Positions 40,764-50,665 of a stretch of 53,079 nucleotides of DNA are shown here, piece after piece; within the stretch, counting starts at the first letter, position 1; every line of letters starts with the position of its first letter. Source of the DNA: Alistipes sp. UBA943. GTDB lineage: Bacteria > Bacteroidota > Bacteroidia > Bacteroidales > Rikenellaceae. The stretch spans positions 1-53,079 of the forward strand of contig DBDB01000010.1 of the NCBI GenBank assembly GCA_002293345.1. The letters run 5' to 3'. Position numbers and translations under genes: made by a program. The notes under the pieces were generated by a model. It saw nothing but the letters and a program-made list of their open reading frames with translations, was not told where the DNA came from and searched no databases.

Positions 40764-41647
40764 CTCTCCTTTAACTCCTCAATGACCTTTAGGAGGTACT
40801 GCCCATACTGATTCTTGATCATCGGTTCGGCAACTGCACGCATCTTCTCCTCCGAGATCCATCCCTTGCGGTACGCAATACCTTCCAGGCACGCAATCTT
40901 CAACCCCTGACGCTTCTCGATCACCTCCACGAAGATCGACGCTTGTGCCAACGAGTCGTGCGTACCGGTGTCCAACCACGCGAATCCCCTCCCCAGTGTC
41001 TGTACCTTCAACTCCCCATCCTCCATAAACCGCTGATTGACGGTCGTAATTTCCAACTCGCCGCGTGCCGATGGTTCGATCTCGTGTGCCACCCTGACGA
41101 CTTTATTGGGGTAGAAATACAGTCCCACGACGGCGTAGTTCGACTTCGGATGTGCCGGTTTCTCCTCCAATGAGAGACAATTCCCCTCGGCATCGAGTTC
41201 CGCCACGCCGTAACGCTCCGGATCATCGACACGATATCCGAAAACCGTCGCTTTGCGATCCTCGTCCGCCGTACGTACCGCCTCGCGCAACATGCCTGAA
41301 AATCCTGCCCCGTGAAAAATGTTGTCACCCAACACCAGACACGCATCGTCATTGCCGATAAACGCCTCGCCGATCAGGAAAGCTTGCGCCAACCCGTCCG
41401 GAGAGGGTTGTTCGGCATACTCGAACCGCACACCGAAATCACTCCCGTCGCCCAACAGGCGGCGAAAAGCAGGCAGATCCGTGGGCGTGGAGATAATCAA
41501 AATCTCGCGTATCCCCGCCAACATCAACACCGAAATGGGGTAATAGATCATCGGTTTGTCGTAAACAGGCAAAAGTTGCTTGCTTACGCCCTTCGTGATC
41601 GGGTAGAGGCGTGTGCCCGACCCGCCGGCCAAAACGATACCTTTCAT
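40760..41647 (-). CDS. rfbA: Glucose-1-phosphate thymidylyltransferase
   Basis: [28 protein letters not shown]. Confidence 0.96.
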   Translation of the reverse strand: MKGIVLAGGSGTRLYPITKGVSKQLLPVYDKPMIYYPISVLMLAGIREILIISTPTDLPAFRRLLGDGSDFGVRFEYAEQPSPDGLAQAFLIGEAFIGNDDACLVLGDNIFHGAGFSGMLREAVRTADEDRKATVFGYRVDDPERYGVAELDAEGNCLSLEEKPAHPKSNYAVVGLYFYPNKVVRVAHEIEPSARGELEITTVNQRFMEDGELKVQTLGRGFAWLDTGTHDSLAQASIFVEVIEKRQGLKIACLEGIAYRKGWISEEKMRAVAEPMIKNQYGQYLLKVIEELKER

Positions 41648-41719
41648 CAAAAAGTTGAATTAGGGTTTGAATTTGGCCGTGAAGATAGCAAAAAATCCCC
41701 GGAAATACAATCCCTCCGC

Positions 41720-41974
41720 TTACAGTACCGTGATCGCGTCCTCTTCGATCTCGATATTGGCACCGTGTCGAATGGCATTCTGGATCACTTCGCGCAGTTC
41801 GTCCGATGTCTCGTACACCTCGCCGAAATCGACACACGCACCCGCACTGTCCAGGTCGAGATAATTTTTCAGATGCAGTTTGCCGCCGTGTTTGGACGAC
41901 AGGAGGTTTTTCATGTCCGCGATCAGGTGATCCTCCGTCTCGGGGAGGAGCAACGGGTTGTTCGGTGTGCTCAT
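41720..41974 (-). CDS. Small acidic hypothetical protein
   Basis: 84-aa ORF co-oriented upstream of rfbA. Confidence 0.6.
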   Translation of the reverse strand: MSTPNNPLLLPETEDHLIADMKNLLSSKHGGKLHLKNYLDLDSAGACVDFGEVYETSDELREVIQNAIRHGANIEIEEDAITVL

Positions 41975-42022
41975 AGCTGTATGGGTTTACGAAATTTATC
42001 TTAAATTTGTGGCACAAAAAGC

Positions 42023-42625
42023 ATGCCTGATTATATGAAAAAGCTACTGACGATCCTACTTTTGCTCACTTTGACCACACCCGTGCTGGCGAAACGCACC
42101 GATACTCCCCATTGGGACGGACACCACCGTGTCGACCGGACACACCTCAAATTCAACGCACCCTTCTGGTTGCTCGGCATGCCCAACGCCTCGGTCGAGG
42201 TACCCGTACATCGGATCGTCACCCTCAACGGCGAGGTGCTCTATTCGCCTTGGAAGAGCGTTTTCGGAGGCAACAGATTCCAAATGCTGCAAGTGTCGCC
42301 CGAGGTGCGGGTATATCCGTGGGGCGCGTTCCGCAAGCTCTATGTCGGATTCTACACCTCGTACCACAGGTTCAAGATGACCAAGTGGAACTACCTCAAC
42401 CAGGGGAAATATCAGGACGGAAACGGCCTTTCGGCAGGCTTTACGGTGGGATTCCAGGTGCCCTTTTCGGAACGTTGGTCGATGGATGTGTACGTGAGCG
42501 GCGGATGGCAACACAGCTGGTACAGGGGTTATGTTACCGCTACGGGCGAACAGTATGCCCCGTCGAACAAGTCAGGCGAGTGGTTGCCGTATAAGGCGGG
42601 GATCGCGTTCGGTTACGCGCTTTAA
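42023..42625 (+). CDS. DUF3575-like outer-membrane beta-barrel protein
   Basis: Signal peptide; LKFNAPFW..MPNASVE, PEVRVY, C-terminal IAFGYAL. Confidence 0.8.
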   Translation: MPDYMKKLLTILLLLTLTTPVLAKRTDTPHWDGHHRVDRTHLKFNAPFWLLGMPNASVEVPVHRIVTLNGEVLYSPWKSVFGGNRFQMLQVSPEVRVYPWGAFRKLYVGFYTSYHRFKMTKWNYLNQGKYQDGNGLSAGFTVGFQVPFSERWSMDVYVSGGWQHSWYRGYVTATGEQYAPSNKSGEWLPYKAGIAFGYAL

Positions 42626-42707
42626 ATTTGCGTTTGATTCGATTCGGCCCGCTATTTGCATGCGCATTCGATGTTACTTTAAATTTCACTTAATTATCAA
42701 ATGCGTT

Positions 42708-44129
42708 ATGAAAAAAATTTTTTTAATCGCACTGGCCGGAATCCTCGCGCTCGGTGCGGCGACGTCGTGTAACGACAGTGAAGTCGAATTTACCGTGACG
42801 TTTAACACCCAAGGTGGCTCGGCCGTCACTCCGCAGGTAATTCCCGACGGTGGTAAGATCACCAAACCTGCCGATCCCACCCGTGCCGATTACACCTTCG
42901 CCGGATGGTACAAAGAGACGGCGTGTATCAACGTGTGGGATTTCGACAAGGATGTTGTTCGCAACGCCCTCACACTCTATGCCAAGTGGACGGGTGCCGG
43001 TGCTCCGGGCGACAGCCAGGCCAAGATCGACCTGAAAGCCTCGATCGACGCGTCTGCCACGCTCAAACAGGGTGACTACACTTCTACGTCATGGGCTGCC
43101 TTCCAGACGGCCCTTACTGCGGCAGCGACCGCCTATGCAGATACCAACAGTACGGATGCCCAATTGACAGCTGCAAAAACAGCACTCGACGGAGCCAAGA
43201 ATGCCCTCGTGGCTGCCGCCGACAAGAGTAGTTTGAGTGCCGCCGTGACGGCGACGGGTACGTTGCGTCCCTATGGCTACACGGCCGAATCGTGGACGGC
43301 GTTCCAAACGGCACGCAACGCAGCGATCGGCATACAGGCCAATGGCGATGCCACACAGGCTCAGGTGGACGAGGCGCTGACGAACCTCAACACGGCTGTC
43401 GAAGGACTTCAGGCCGCTACATCGAGTGACAATGGCGGCAGCACGGACGATCCCGCCCCGGACAAGACTTCGTTGAGCGCTTCCATCACCGCTGCCCAGG
43501 GTAAGACAGAGGGTGACTACACGTCCGATTCATGGGCTTCGATGCAGAGTGCGCTCACGGCCGCCATTGCGATTCAAGGTGACACCACCGCCTCACAGGC
43601 ACAGGTAGACGCCGCGAAAGCCAATCTGGACAGGTCCGTTGCGGCGCTTCAGCACACCGCCGCGGCCAACGAAACAACCACCAAAACGGATCTCGACACG
43701 TTCATTGCCGACACGGATAAACTCGTTGAGGCGGACTACACAGCCGATTCATGGGCTGTGCTGCAAAGTGCGTTGACGGATGCGCGACAGGTTTCGGCCG
43801 ACGGATCGGCGACACAGAGCCAGATCAATTCCGCCTATGCGGCGCTCGAAACGGCTGTTCAGAACCTGATGCCCAGCACGGCTAATACGGGTACGGTCAG
43901 CACGTTGACCAACCAGTTGATCAGTCTGGTGAATGCCCTGCCGACGGTCGATCAGTTGAACCGCAACCCGTTGCTCGCTGTGACGACACGCCTCGCCGCA
44001 AGGACAGCTGACGGAGTACGTGACGCGCTGATGTTGCTGTTGGGTAACACGGCACCGGACAACGTGCTGACGCTGAACGAGACGCTGAACGGAGTTCTCA
44101 GTGTGGTTGGATTGGGCGACCTGATCTAA
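42708..44129 (+). CDS. Lipoprotein with an InlB B-repeat (Flg_new) domain and four FIVAR-like repeats
   Basis: Lipobox ATSC; FTVTFNTQGGS..P.DPTRADYTFAGWY..LTLYAKW; four (D/G)YTxxSW..Q.A repeats. Confidence 0.85.
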   Translation: MKKIFLIALAGILALGAATSCNDSEVEFTVTFNTQGGSAVTPQVIPDGGKITKPADPTRADYTFAGWYKETACINVWDFDKDVVRNALTLYAKWTGAGAPGDSQAKIDLKASIDASATLKQGDYTSTSWAAFQTALTAAATAYADTNSTDAQLTAAKTALDGAKNALVAAADKSSLSAAVTATGTLRPYGYTAESWTAFQTARNAAIGIQANGDATQAQVDEALTNLNTAVEGLQAATSSDNGGSTDDPAPDKTSLSASITAAQGKTEGDYTSDSWASMQSALTAAIAIQGDTTASQAQVDAAKANLDRSVAALQHTAAANETTTKTDLDTFIADTDKLVEADYTADSWAVLQSALTDARQVSADGSATQSQINSAYAALETAVQNLMPSTANTGTVSTLTNQLISLVNALPTVDQLNRNPLLAVTTRLAARTADGVRDALMLLLGNTAPDNVLTLNETLNGVLSVVGLGDLI

Positions 44130-44142
44130 CGCAACGCCACAT

Positions 44143-44181
44143 AACAAAGAGAGCCCGCCATCATGGCGGGCTCTCTTTGTT
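44143..44181. terminator. Bidirectional intrinsic terminator
   Basis: AACAAAGAGAGCCCGCCA-TCA-TGGCGGGCTCTCTTTGTT between convergent genes. Confidence 0.9.
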
Positions 44182-44190
44182 TGGAATAAC

Positions 44191-46806
44191 TTAGACTTCG
44201 AGGGCGGTGGTTAGGTAGTGCCCTTGCTGTGCGAGCGAGAGCGTGATGAAGGGCGACTGCCACCCTCCGGCACGTACCATTACGTCGGCAAACTCCATCA
44301 AACGTTCCGCGGCACGTGCGTCACCCGTTTCTGCCAGGATGGCGATCTCGTGTATCTCGCGGAACTGGCGTTCGTTACCCACCGTGACGGACAACACGTT
44401 GCCCTTGTTGCGGATGAATGACTCGACGACGGCCGACAGGACGGACGTTTGATCCTCCAACGAATCGGCACCGATGTTGAGTGTCAGGTCGACCGGTGCA
44501 CCGGCCGAGCAGCGCTCCAGGTCGAGGGATTTCAACGACGCGAAGATGTGTCCGAAGCTGCGGTTGAGGGTTCCCGGAGCGGGATTGTTGTTCTTCGACA
44601 GCGGGTCGTCCTTGAAACGATCCACCGACGCGGCGCAACCCATGCCCATCAACGTGAATGCGGCGAAGGTACCCAGACCACCGGTGAACGCGACGGTCTT
44701 TTTGAGACGCTTGTCGAACGAATCACCGAAGAATCCACCGGCCATACGCAACCGGCGTGCCTCCTCGGAGGTGATCGAGCCCTTCGGTTTCTCGCGATAG
44801 ATACGGTCGGTCATCTCCTTGGTCTTTTTGAGCGACGTGAAGAATAGATCGGTCACCGACTTGGCGATACGGTCCGCCTCGGGGTCGTTGGTACCGTAAC
44901 GGGGACTGTTCTCGTTCAGATCGCGATACAGGTGGCGGTAGGCGCGTGACACCTCACGGGGATGCAACCCATCGGCACCGAAATTATTGCGGAACGCTTC
45001 GCGCACCTCTTCGAGCGTGTATTTCTTCTCCTTGAAGATCCACTTGTCGATCGCGGCGATGGAGTTCACCGTGTTGGGTAGTCCGGAAAACACCGTTCCG
45101 GCCACCGACAGGCGGCATCCACCGCACGATTTATCGTGTCCGGTCTCCATGCACGACCCCAGAAAGGCGGACAGCAGCGGTGCCGGAGTGACGTACTCGT
45201 CCAGCAAATAGTAGTTGTACATCGCGGCGGCGGACTGGAAACAGATGAAGTCGAGGTGTTCGCCCAGGGCCGTCATCAGCTCCTTGTAGGTCGCGACGGG
45301 TTTCGAGCGGTAGCTCCGTTTGCCGCCACGCAACTGCATGTTGCCGCCATCCAACGTGTTACCCTCGTTCAGGGCACATTCGAGAGCCGTGAGGCCGTTG
45401 ATCATGTTGAATGTCCAGTCGCCCTGACCATTCAGGATCGGCTCCCAGCATCCATCGACACAGTAGTCGCGTACCAATTCGAGGGCATCCTCACGGGCGA
45501 TCGTCTCGTCATCCATGAACGATTGCAGGAATCCGGGGATGATCGTGTCGTCATTCAATACGGAGGGCAGATTGCGTGTCACGGCAATGGATTCCGCCAC
45601 TTTCTCGACCAACTCTCGCGGTGAATTCTTGTGCAGACGCACGTAGATGCCCGGCGTGGGGAGGTTCGTGTTGCGGAACGCCTGCAGGATGAGGTACGTT
45701 GCGTCGCACGTGGCATCGGCACCGGTTTTCTTGTCGACACCGCCGATACAGACATTTTGCAGGAACTGGTTCACGTTTCCACGCTGATCGGAGTACCATC
45801 GGCTCGTGCCCATCGACACACCGAAGTCGATGTGATCCTGCTCCATGAGGTGTGACGCCGTGAGGTTCATCGGTCCGGCGAGTTTGATCACCATACACTC
45901 CATCAGTTCCAACGCCCGTGCGGCATTCTTCTCCTTGACCAGGAACGGTTGCAACGTCTGGTCGAGACGTCCGAGCGAGAGGAGATCCATGCTGGCACGG
46001 AATCCGATTTGCAGGAACAGGATGCTCTGCAACGCTTCGTGTAGCGTCGATGCGGGTTCCATCGGCACCTTGCGACATACGCGTGCGATCTCGATCAGTT
46101 CGGCTTTACGCACGGCATTTTTCTCTTTAGCGGCCATCGTGTCGGCAAGTTCGGCATAACGTTTCGCGTAGGCCACCACACCCTCACAGGCGATGATCAC
46201 CGAGGTGTAGAAGTCGTGCTGTTCGCGATGGTCTTCGGTGAATTTCCCCGATTTTTTGAGCGTGTCGAGTTTGGCGAGTTTTTTCTGTGCGTCGCCGATC
46301 ACCTTGCGCATGCCGCCCTTGACGAGACGCTCGTAGTCGGCCGAGTTGTGTCCCTGGATCGAAAATTCGGAACGGTTCGACAGCGATGCCATCGCACGCT
46401 CTTCGGGTGTCAGGTAATCCGGAAAGACCTTACCGAGGCCGTTCGACCCCATCGGCAACACACCGACCAACAGTTCACCGTCGCCGATCTCCCATGAACG
46501 GGTACGTGCCGAGATTTTGGGTGTCGTGAGGGCATTCAACGTGGCGGCGATACCTTTTGCACGACGGATGATGATCGGTTCGTTGGATGCCAGGTTGGGC
46601 AATTCGTCCTTCGACAGCCAGTCGTTGGCACGGTTGCTTAGTGCACGGACGTTCAACTCGCGGCGCAACGCTTTCGTACGCGGCGTCATTGCGGACGGCA
46701 GGTTCAGGAACGGACTGACTGTAGGTTTTCCGGTAGATTTAGCCGCTGCTTTGGCCCTGGGTTTGGTCGTTTTCACGGAGGATGATTTGGTTGTGGTTGT
46801 TTTCAT
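44191..46806 (-). CDS. Glycyl radical enzyme (PFL superfamily), substrate unknown
   Basis: SLGRLDQ, Cys loop DGCWEP, RYGTND, Gly loop VRAGGWQSPF; adjacent activase. Confidence 0.88.
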   Translation of the reverse strand: MKTTTTKSSSVKTTKPRAKAAAKSTGKPTVSPFLNLPSAMTPRTKALRRELNVRALSNRANDWLSKDELPNLASNEPIIIRRAKGIAATLNALTTPKISARTRSWEIGDGELLVGVLPMGSNGLGKVFPDYLTPEERAMASLSNRSEFSIQGHNSADYERLVKGGMRKVIGDAQKKLAKLDTLKKSGKFTEDHREQHDFYTSVIIACEGVVAYAKRYAELADTMAAKEKNAVRKAELIEIARVCRKVPMEPASTLHEALQSILFLQIGFRASMDLLSLGRLDQTLQPFLVKEKNAARALELMECMVIKLAGPMNLTASHLMEQDHIDFGVSMGTSRWYSDQRGNVNQFLQNVCIGGVDKKTGADATCDATYLILQAFRNTNLPTPGIYVRLHKNSPRELVEKVAESIAVTRNLPSVLNDDTIIPGFLQSFMDDETIAREDALELVRDYCVDGCWEPILNGQGDWTFNMINGLTALECALNEGNTLDGGNMQLRGGKRSYRSKPVATYKELMTALGEHLDFICFQSAAAMYNYYLLDEYVTPAPLLSAFLGSCMETGHDKSCGGCRLSVAGTVFSGLPNTVNSIAAIDKWIFKEKKYTLEEVREAFRNNFGADGLHPREVSRAYRHLYRDLNENSPRYGTNDPEADRIAKSVTDLFFTSLKKTKEMTDRIYREKPKGSITSEEARRLRMAGGFFGDSFDKRLKKTVAFTGGLGTFAAFTLMGMGCAASVDRFKDDPLSKNNNPAPGTLNRSFGHIFASLKSLDLERCSAGAPVDLTLNIGADSLEDQTSVLSAVVESFIRNKGNVLSVTVGNERQFREIHEIAILAETGDARAAERLMEFADVMVRAGGWQSPFITLSLAQQGHYLTTALEV

Positions 46807-46819
46807 AGAGGATATGGTT

Positions 46820-47752
46820 TTAGGTTAAAATGCGTGCTTCGATGCCGCGGTGGGCGAAATAATCCCGTGCACGGTGCAGATCTTCCGGCGTGACGTGCGC
46901 CTCGTCACCGACGGTGCAGTTACGTCCCAAGGCTCGATAGAAGTGCGGCGTCTCACGGTTAAATGGCAGCAGTTCGAGTTCCGTGAGACGGTTCTCATGC
47001 ATCGTCGTGGCGATTTTGGAGAGGGATTCGGGCGTGTCGGTGATACCGGCCATCAGGGGGGTGCGGATGATCACGCGCGAACCTGTGGACGACACGAAAG
47101 AGAGGTTTTCGGCGATCTGTTCGGCATGTGGCGGGGCATAGATCGACGTGGGACGCAACCCGAACAGCCAACAGTCGACCCATTCGGACACCTGCTCGAA
47201 TGTGTTGCGTGGCAGCGTGCCCGAGGTCTCGATGGCGGTGTGGAACCCCTCCTTTCGGCAATATCGCAACAATTGTGACACCGCGTCGGCCTGCAGCAGT
47301 GCCTCGCCACCGCTCACGGTCAGACCACCGATCGTTTGGAGCAGTTCCAACTGGGGCGCGATCCATCGCCACATCTCATCGACCGTAGTGTCACGAAAGG
47401 GTAGTGCCAACGCTCCGGCCAACGTGTCGCGGCGCGATGCGGGACAGATCTCGATGCAACGGCCGCAGCCCTTGCATCGACGTCTGTCCAAGGAGTGCAC
47501 CCCGTCCGTAAGACGATGCACTCCCTGCGGGCACGCCCGCATGCACGCGCCGCAACCCGCGCAACGCGACTCGAAGAAGAGCAACGATCGGGATTGCGAG
47601 TGTGGCGAGTGACACCACGGACACTGCAACGCACACCCATGCAGATACACCACCACACGATGCCCCGGCCCATCGTGACGCGACAGCCACGCGATATCGA
47701 GATAACTGAGCGGCTGTGTAGTTTTTTTCTCTATTTGTGCAGGTCGTCCCAT
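46820..47752 (-). CDS. Glycyl-radical enzyme activating enzyme (radical SAM with ferredoxin insert)
   Basis: HDGPG, CALQCPWC, two CxxCxxCxxxC, SGGEALLQ, HTAIETSG. Confidence 0.92.
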   Translation of the reverse strand: MGRPAQIEKKTTQPLSYLDIAWLSRHDGPGHRVVVYLHGCALQCPWCHSPHSQSRSLLFFESRCAGCGACMRACPQGVHRLTDGVHSLDRRRCKGCGRCIEICPASRRDTLAGALALPFRDTTVDEMWRWIAPQLELLQTIGGLTVSGGEALLQADAVSQLLRYCRKEGFHTAIETSGTLPRNTFEQVSEWVDCWLFGLRPTSIYAPPHAEQIAENLSFVSSTGSRVIIRTPLMAGITDTPESLSKIATTMHENRLTELELLPFNRETPHFYRALGRNCTVGDEAHVTPEDLHRARDYFAHRGIEARILT

Positions 47753-47794
47753 CAGAAGACGCACCACAAAAATCGCACCGAAAATCTACCGCAA

Positions 47795-48001
47795 CTCCTC
47801 CCCGCGTCGGGGGAGCGTTACTACATCGGTGGTAACCTGAACAATCAAAATTCCCAATCAGAATTTTGGACTTCCGAGGCACATTCTGCAACAGGTGCGG
47901 GGAGAGTCTATTTCTATGCAGATCGTATGTATACGACAGCTACCGCCAGTGTCTCCCTCGCCTACTCCCTTCGCTGTATAAAGATCTAATGTAGGGCGGG
48001 A
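47795..48001 (+). repeat. Variable cassette copy 5
   Basis: LLPASGERYYIGGNLNNQNSQSEFWTSEAHSATGAGRVYFYADRMYTTATASVSLAYSLRCIKI* (stop 47989), then TGTAGGGCGGGA. Confidence 0.9.
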
Positions 48002-48029
48002 TAAGCAAGAATAATTGACAATTTTTTCT

Positions 48030-48188
48030 TACATTTGCCTTCAAATACAGCCTAATCGCCACCAAATTTCGACGTTTAGCAGTTTTTAGGCTCACTTTTA
48101 GTAGAACACGTTTTGGCGTGTGTTTACTTTGTAAGTGAGGAGGGCGTCGAAACCCTGGTGGCGAGCATCGTAGATGCGCGCCTTTTTT
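48030..48188 (+). ncRNA. Promoter plus structured RNA leader, copy 2 (unidentified)
   Basis: TACATTTG; stems TCGCCACCA/TGGTGGCGA, TTTCGACG/CGTCGAAA, CTCACTT/AAGTGAG; same GCATCGTAGATGCGCGCCTTTTTT end. Confidence 0.7.
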
Positions 48189-48371
48189 GTGGGCGTTTGG
48201 GTTTTAAAACTTAAAACTTGACGCCATGATTTTTCCGAGAAAACCACCATAAATAGATGCAAAATATTTTTGCAGGGCGCCTGATGGCGTGCGGAGAGGC
48301 AGAGTAACTCTTCCGTGCGGGATTGGTTTGTGACTCACTTATCCCACGCGCCCGTGCGCGCGCAGGGGTCC

Positions 48372-48593
48372 CTGTCCCGCCCTACATTAGATCTTTATAC
48401 AGCGGAGGGTAATGGCGTCCCTGACGTAAACGGACTCTATAACGAATCTTACCGAATCTTACCGAATCGAAGTAGAACCTATACGCATGCGTGGTCACGT
48501 TGTCCGTTTGACAGGACCAGTAGCGCCCACCGGAAGGCTGACTGCGCAGCTGCCCATCGGAGCTGATACGCACCCCCGACGCGGGGAGGAGAG
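48372..48593 (-). repeat. Variable cassette copy 6, frameshifted by a 10-bp duplication
   Basis: LLPASGVRISSDGQLRSQPSGGRYWSCQTDNVTTHAYRFYFDSVRF / VIESVYVRDAITLRCIKI*, then TGTAGGGCGGGACAGG. Confidence 0.9.
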
Positions 48594-50603
48594 TTATGCC
48601 TTCACCCTGAGCGGTTGCACGATCACGGACGAGGAGCCGTTATCGGGGCATGTGGATACGATACGGATGGCTTTGACGTTTGTGACGTCACGGAGCTTTA
48701 GACAGCCGTTTTTGAGTGTCCCGACACGGGCGAAGGTGTGTCCGTCGTGTGACGTTTCGACATAGCCGTCGTTGATGATCAGTCGCGGTACCTGCACGTA
48801 TCCCGTCCGGATAAAAATCTCTCGACACGTCACGGGACGCTCGAACGTGAACAGCACCCACTCTCCCTCGTGGCAGGTGCGTGTCGTCCGGGCACCCCCG
48901 ATGTACCGCGATGCACGTTCCCAAGGGGTATTTTTTTCCGCCGGCATGGATGAGGTGACCGTCACGGCGGGCGTCACGGTACGGTATGTTTCGATCGGAA
49001 GGGTGACAAATTCACCGTCTACCCACCCCTCCCAAGCACGAACCCCCGGGGTTTCCGGGGAGCATGTTGGACGATAAAAAATCCCCATCGCATCCATACG
49101 TTTGTTGTGCGTGTCGAGTCGCCGCGAGAATGATTCCCATGTCGCACCATGCCCGGTCCAAGCCAGTTCGGCCAGCGCGCACACACGCGGGAAGAGCATA
49201 TAGTCGATATAATCGCGTAGGCGGTCGATGTGAGGTAATCCGAGTTCATTCCAGAAGGCCCCTTCGACACCTTCGACGTGAGTCATTTCGCGGGGCGTGA
49301 ATCCCATTCGCTCGAAGTCGAACGTCAGGACTTTACGCACGTCGAAAATCGCTGCCCAGTTGTGTCCATCCTCCTCGGGCGACTGCCGCATATCGAAATA
49401 GAAGTAGTCGCCCGGCATCACGACTGTGGGATATCCTTGCGCTGCGGCCCGCCGGCAGGGCTCCACGCCCTGCCAGCCGTGTACACGGCTGTGGTGGGGA
49501 AATCTATTGCTCGCAATAGATTCCTCCCACACGGCGGGCCGCTTGCCGTACCGTTCGAGAATCGCGACGACACGCATCATAAACACGTGTTGCGGGTCGT
49601 GCAACTTGCCACACCCGGGACACGGACGCCATTCGGATTTCTCTACCTCGTCGCCCCCGATATGGAGGTATGGCGATGGGAAAAGGGACGCCACTTCGCG
49701 CAGAATATCGTCCAGCAGCGCGTAATTCTCTTCACGGGTCACGCACCATGCCGACCGTTCGTCATAACCGTTCGATGCCGTGAGGTTGGGCGTATAGGGA
49801 CACAGGATTTCGGGATGCACCCGCGCGATGGCACGGCTATGTCCCGGCAGGTCGATCTCGGGTATCACTTCGATGTTGCGTACCGCCGCGTATGCCACAA
49901 TGTCCCGCACCTCCGCCTGGGTGTAGTATCCGCCATATTTTTCGTTCCAACCGCCATAGATGGCTTTGATCGGCGAATCACCGCCACGAAATCCTCCCAC
50001 TTGGGCCAGTTCGGGGTGCGACACGATCTCGATACGCCACCCCTCGTCATCGGTCAGATGCCAATGCAGTTTGTTGATCTTGTGGTGTGCCAACAGGTCG
50101 ATCAGGCGCTTGATCTGCTCGGGTTCCACGTATGTCCGTGCCACGTCCAGATGCTGCCCCCGGTACGCGAAGCGCGGAGCATCCTCGATCGTGCGGCAGG
50201 GAAGCGACACGGGTAGTTGTAACTTTGATCCATACACCTCCGCCGGCAGGAGCTGCAACAGTGTCTGTATGCCGTTGAACACGCCGCCATATCCTCCTCC
50301 GGTAATTTGAACGCGTTCGGGCGTGACGTCGAGACGGTATGCTTCCGTTTCGAGTCTATGATCCGTCGTGAGTACGATCGCGTTGTGAGTAGGGTCGACA
50401 CCGAACGGACTATTCTGCGGCAGGTATTCCCAGAGATAAAAACCGAGCGGAGACAGGTCGCTCCCTTCCACCCGGATCGTTGTGCGTGCATCGAGGACGA
50501 ACCGCCCTTCGTGTGCCACATCGCTCACGGGCGACGGAATGAGATGGGACGCTCCCGCACTGCATGGCAACAGGAACAGAATCGCGGCAATGATTTTCTT
50601 CAT
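48594..50603 (-). CDS. GH20 beta-N-acetylhexosaminidase
   Basis: RGQHLDVAR, HWHLTDDEGWR, PEIDLPGH, HIGGDE. Confidence 0.93.
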   Translation of the reverse strand: MKKIIAAILFLLPCSAGASHLIPSPVSDVAHEGRFVLDARTTIRVEGSDLSPLGFYLWEYLPQNSPFGVDPTHNAIVLTTDHRLETEAYRLDVTPERVQITGGGYGGVFNGIQTLLQLLPAEVYGSKLQLPVSLPCRTIEDAPRFAYRGQHLDVARTYVEPEQIKRLIDLLAHHKINKLHWHLTDDEGWRIEIVSHPELAQVGGFRGGDSPIKAIYGGWNEKYGGYYTQAEVRDIVAYAAVRNIEVIPEIDLPGHSRAIARVHPEILCPYTPNLTASNGYDERSAWCVTREENYALLDDILREVASLFPSPYLHIGGDEVEKSEWRPCPGCGKLHDPQHVFMMRVVAILERYGKRPAVWEESIASNRFPHHSRVHGWQGVEPCRRAAAQGYPTVVMPGDYFYFDMRQSPEEDGHNWAAIFDVRKVLTFDFERMGFTPREMTHVEGVEGAFWNELGLPHIDRLRDYIDYMLFPRVCALAELAWTGHGATWESFSRRLDTHNKRMDAMGIFYRPTCSPETPGVRAWEGWVDGEFVTLPIETYRTVTPAVTVTSSMPAEKNTPWERASRYIGGARTTRTCHEGEWVLFTFERPVTCREIFIRTGYVQVPRLIINDGYVETSHDGHTFARVGTLKNGCLKLRDVTNVKAIRIVSTCPDNGSSSVIVQPLRVKA

Positions 50604-50665
50604 GCCACGAAGATACAAAAAAAAGACACCCCGCATGAGGTGCCTTTTCGCAGTTCCGTGTGACG

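Noticed and set aside
38348-41647. rfb genes as a capsule or O-antigen locus
   Set aside because: Only the four dTDP-rhamnose genes are present; no glycosyltransferase, wzx/wzy or UpxY genes are adjacent.
47495-47989. 164-aa ORF as a real gene carrying cassette 5
   Set aside because: The N-terminal part is antisense to the activase gene and is not protein-like.
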